From: Utricularia gibba
Taxonomy: Eukaryota > Plantae > Magnoliophyta
Length of the DNA: 64,000 nucleotides
Direction of reading: 5' to 3'
Assembly: GCA_002189035.1 (NCBI GenBank)
Contig: NEEC01000016.1
Coordinates: 2,565,908-2,629,907 of the forward strand
Shown here piece after piece: positions 63,401 through 64,000 of this stretch (its first letter is position 1; each line of letters starts with the position of its first letter). Both the position numbers and the translations under genes were made by a program. The notes beneath the pieces are model-generated. The model saw only the letters and a list, made by a program, of their open reading frames with translations, had not been told where the DNA came from and did not search any database.

Positions 63401-64000
63401 GCTCAACAAATGTGGGGTGCACGTGACATCCCAATTTCAACAAATGCATCATGATTTCGTCGAGTGGCCCATGAGCCCGTCCGAACCCGGGGCCCGGGCC
63501 AAGGGCCCTCGAGAGCGCCCGCCTCAATACGAGGAGGTGTTTCCTTCAAAAACCATATACGCGTCTCGTCACAACCCAACGTTAATAAATGCATCACTTT
63601 TTTTGGCGCGCTACTGCTGACTTTGGGCCTGAGTTCGGCACGACCTCCGGCTCGATCAGGGTGCCCCCGAGAGCTCCTCCTTAAGTATAAAGTGTGTTGT
63701 TGAAAAAAACCGTGTGCGGTTCTCGTGACATCCTAACTCAACAAATGCATCACGATTTTCGTCGAGTCGGACGGGACCGGGCTCCCGGGGCCCGGACGAG
63801 GCGCAGCGCCCGCTCCCCTCCCCCCCAAAACTAGAAGGTGTTCCATGGAAAACCATTTAGGCGGCTCGTGACAACCCAAAGTTAATAAATGCATCACTTT
63901 CTTTGCCGGGCTACAATGACTTTACGCTCGAGCCTGGTACGACGTATGGGAAGATTCGAGTGCCCCCGAGAGCGTCTCCACAAGTATAAAGCGTGTTGTT
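39465..64000. repeat. tandem array (macrosatellite) of a ~2.33-kb composite unit, 10 full units plus a partial, runs off the window
   Basis: Marker AGAAAGCTCATCACG at 39531, 41991, 44296, 46626, 48958, 51531, 53864, 56187, 58514, 60840, 63165; periods 2460, 2305, 2330, 2332, 2573, 2333, 2323, 2327, 2326, 2325 bp. Confidence 0.99.
39522..39773 (-). pseudogene. PIF/Harbinger transposase C-terminal fragment (one per array unit)
   Basis: Minus strand reads ER..ILETRWAILRSASYYLVQTQSHIILA / LHNFV*MNMGYDPLEAQV / EFITAVETSPGWCAWRDELSTM, matching the remembered plant PIF transposase tail (RWAILR..YP..TQ..II.ACC.LHNFIR..DP.E..W..WRD.LA..M); two frameshifts and one stop. Confidence 0.8.

Noticed and set aside
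39648-63856. Dozens of recurring 60-200 aa ORFs in the array (MMHLLTLG.., MGPNRTKG..)
   Set aside because: Shadow ORFs of GC-rich sub-repeats; their frames are broken differently in each unit by homopolymer indels and they show no domain apart from the short PIF remnant.
39465-64000. Array as 5S rDNA or 45S rDNA units
   Set aside because: No 5S, 18S, 5.8S or 25S sequence recognisable in the unit. Distant origin from an intergenic spacer cannot be excluded without a search.

Overview
Plant heterochromatic (probably pericentromeric) window. 1-39.5 kb is a nest of decayed LTR retrotransposons (one Ty1/copia family; Athila-like, Tat-like, CRM-like and Tekay-like Ty3/gypsy pieces and solo LTRs) around a single intact-looking 8-exon NOP56 gene (minus strand, 33115-35787). 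From 39465 to the window end runs a homogenised tandem array of a ~2.33-kb unit (10 full units plus a partial one). The unit is composite: a decayed PIF/Harbinger transposase C-terminus, six ~150-bp GC-rich sub-repeats, a ~58-bp GC motif, and a ~900-bp fold-back. Older relatives of this repeat lie at 11.8-14.6 kb and 29.1-31.6 kb. The most striking observation is that three copies of one Tekay-like LTR family are all joined to the same nucleotide (after CCTTGT) of the repeat's ~58-bp motif, one of them in the opposite orientation, which suggests sequence-targeted integration. Also notable is a near-perfect 2.19-kb inverted duplication of a copia 5' half. All analysis was by eye; lineage names come from motif recognition, not database searches.
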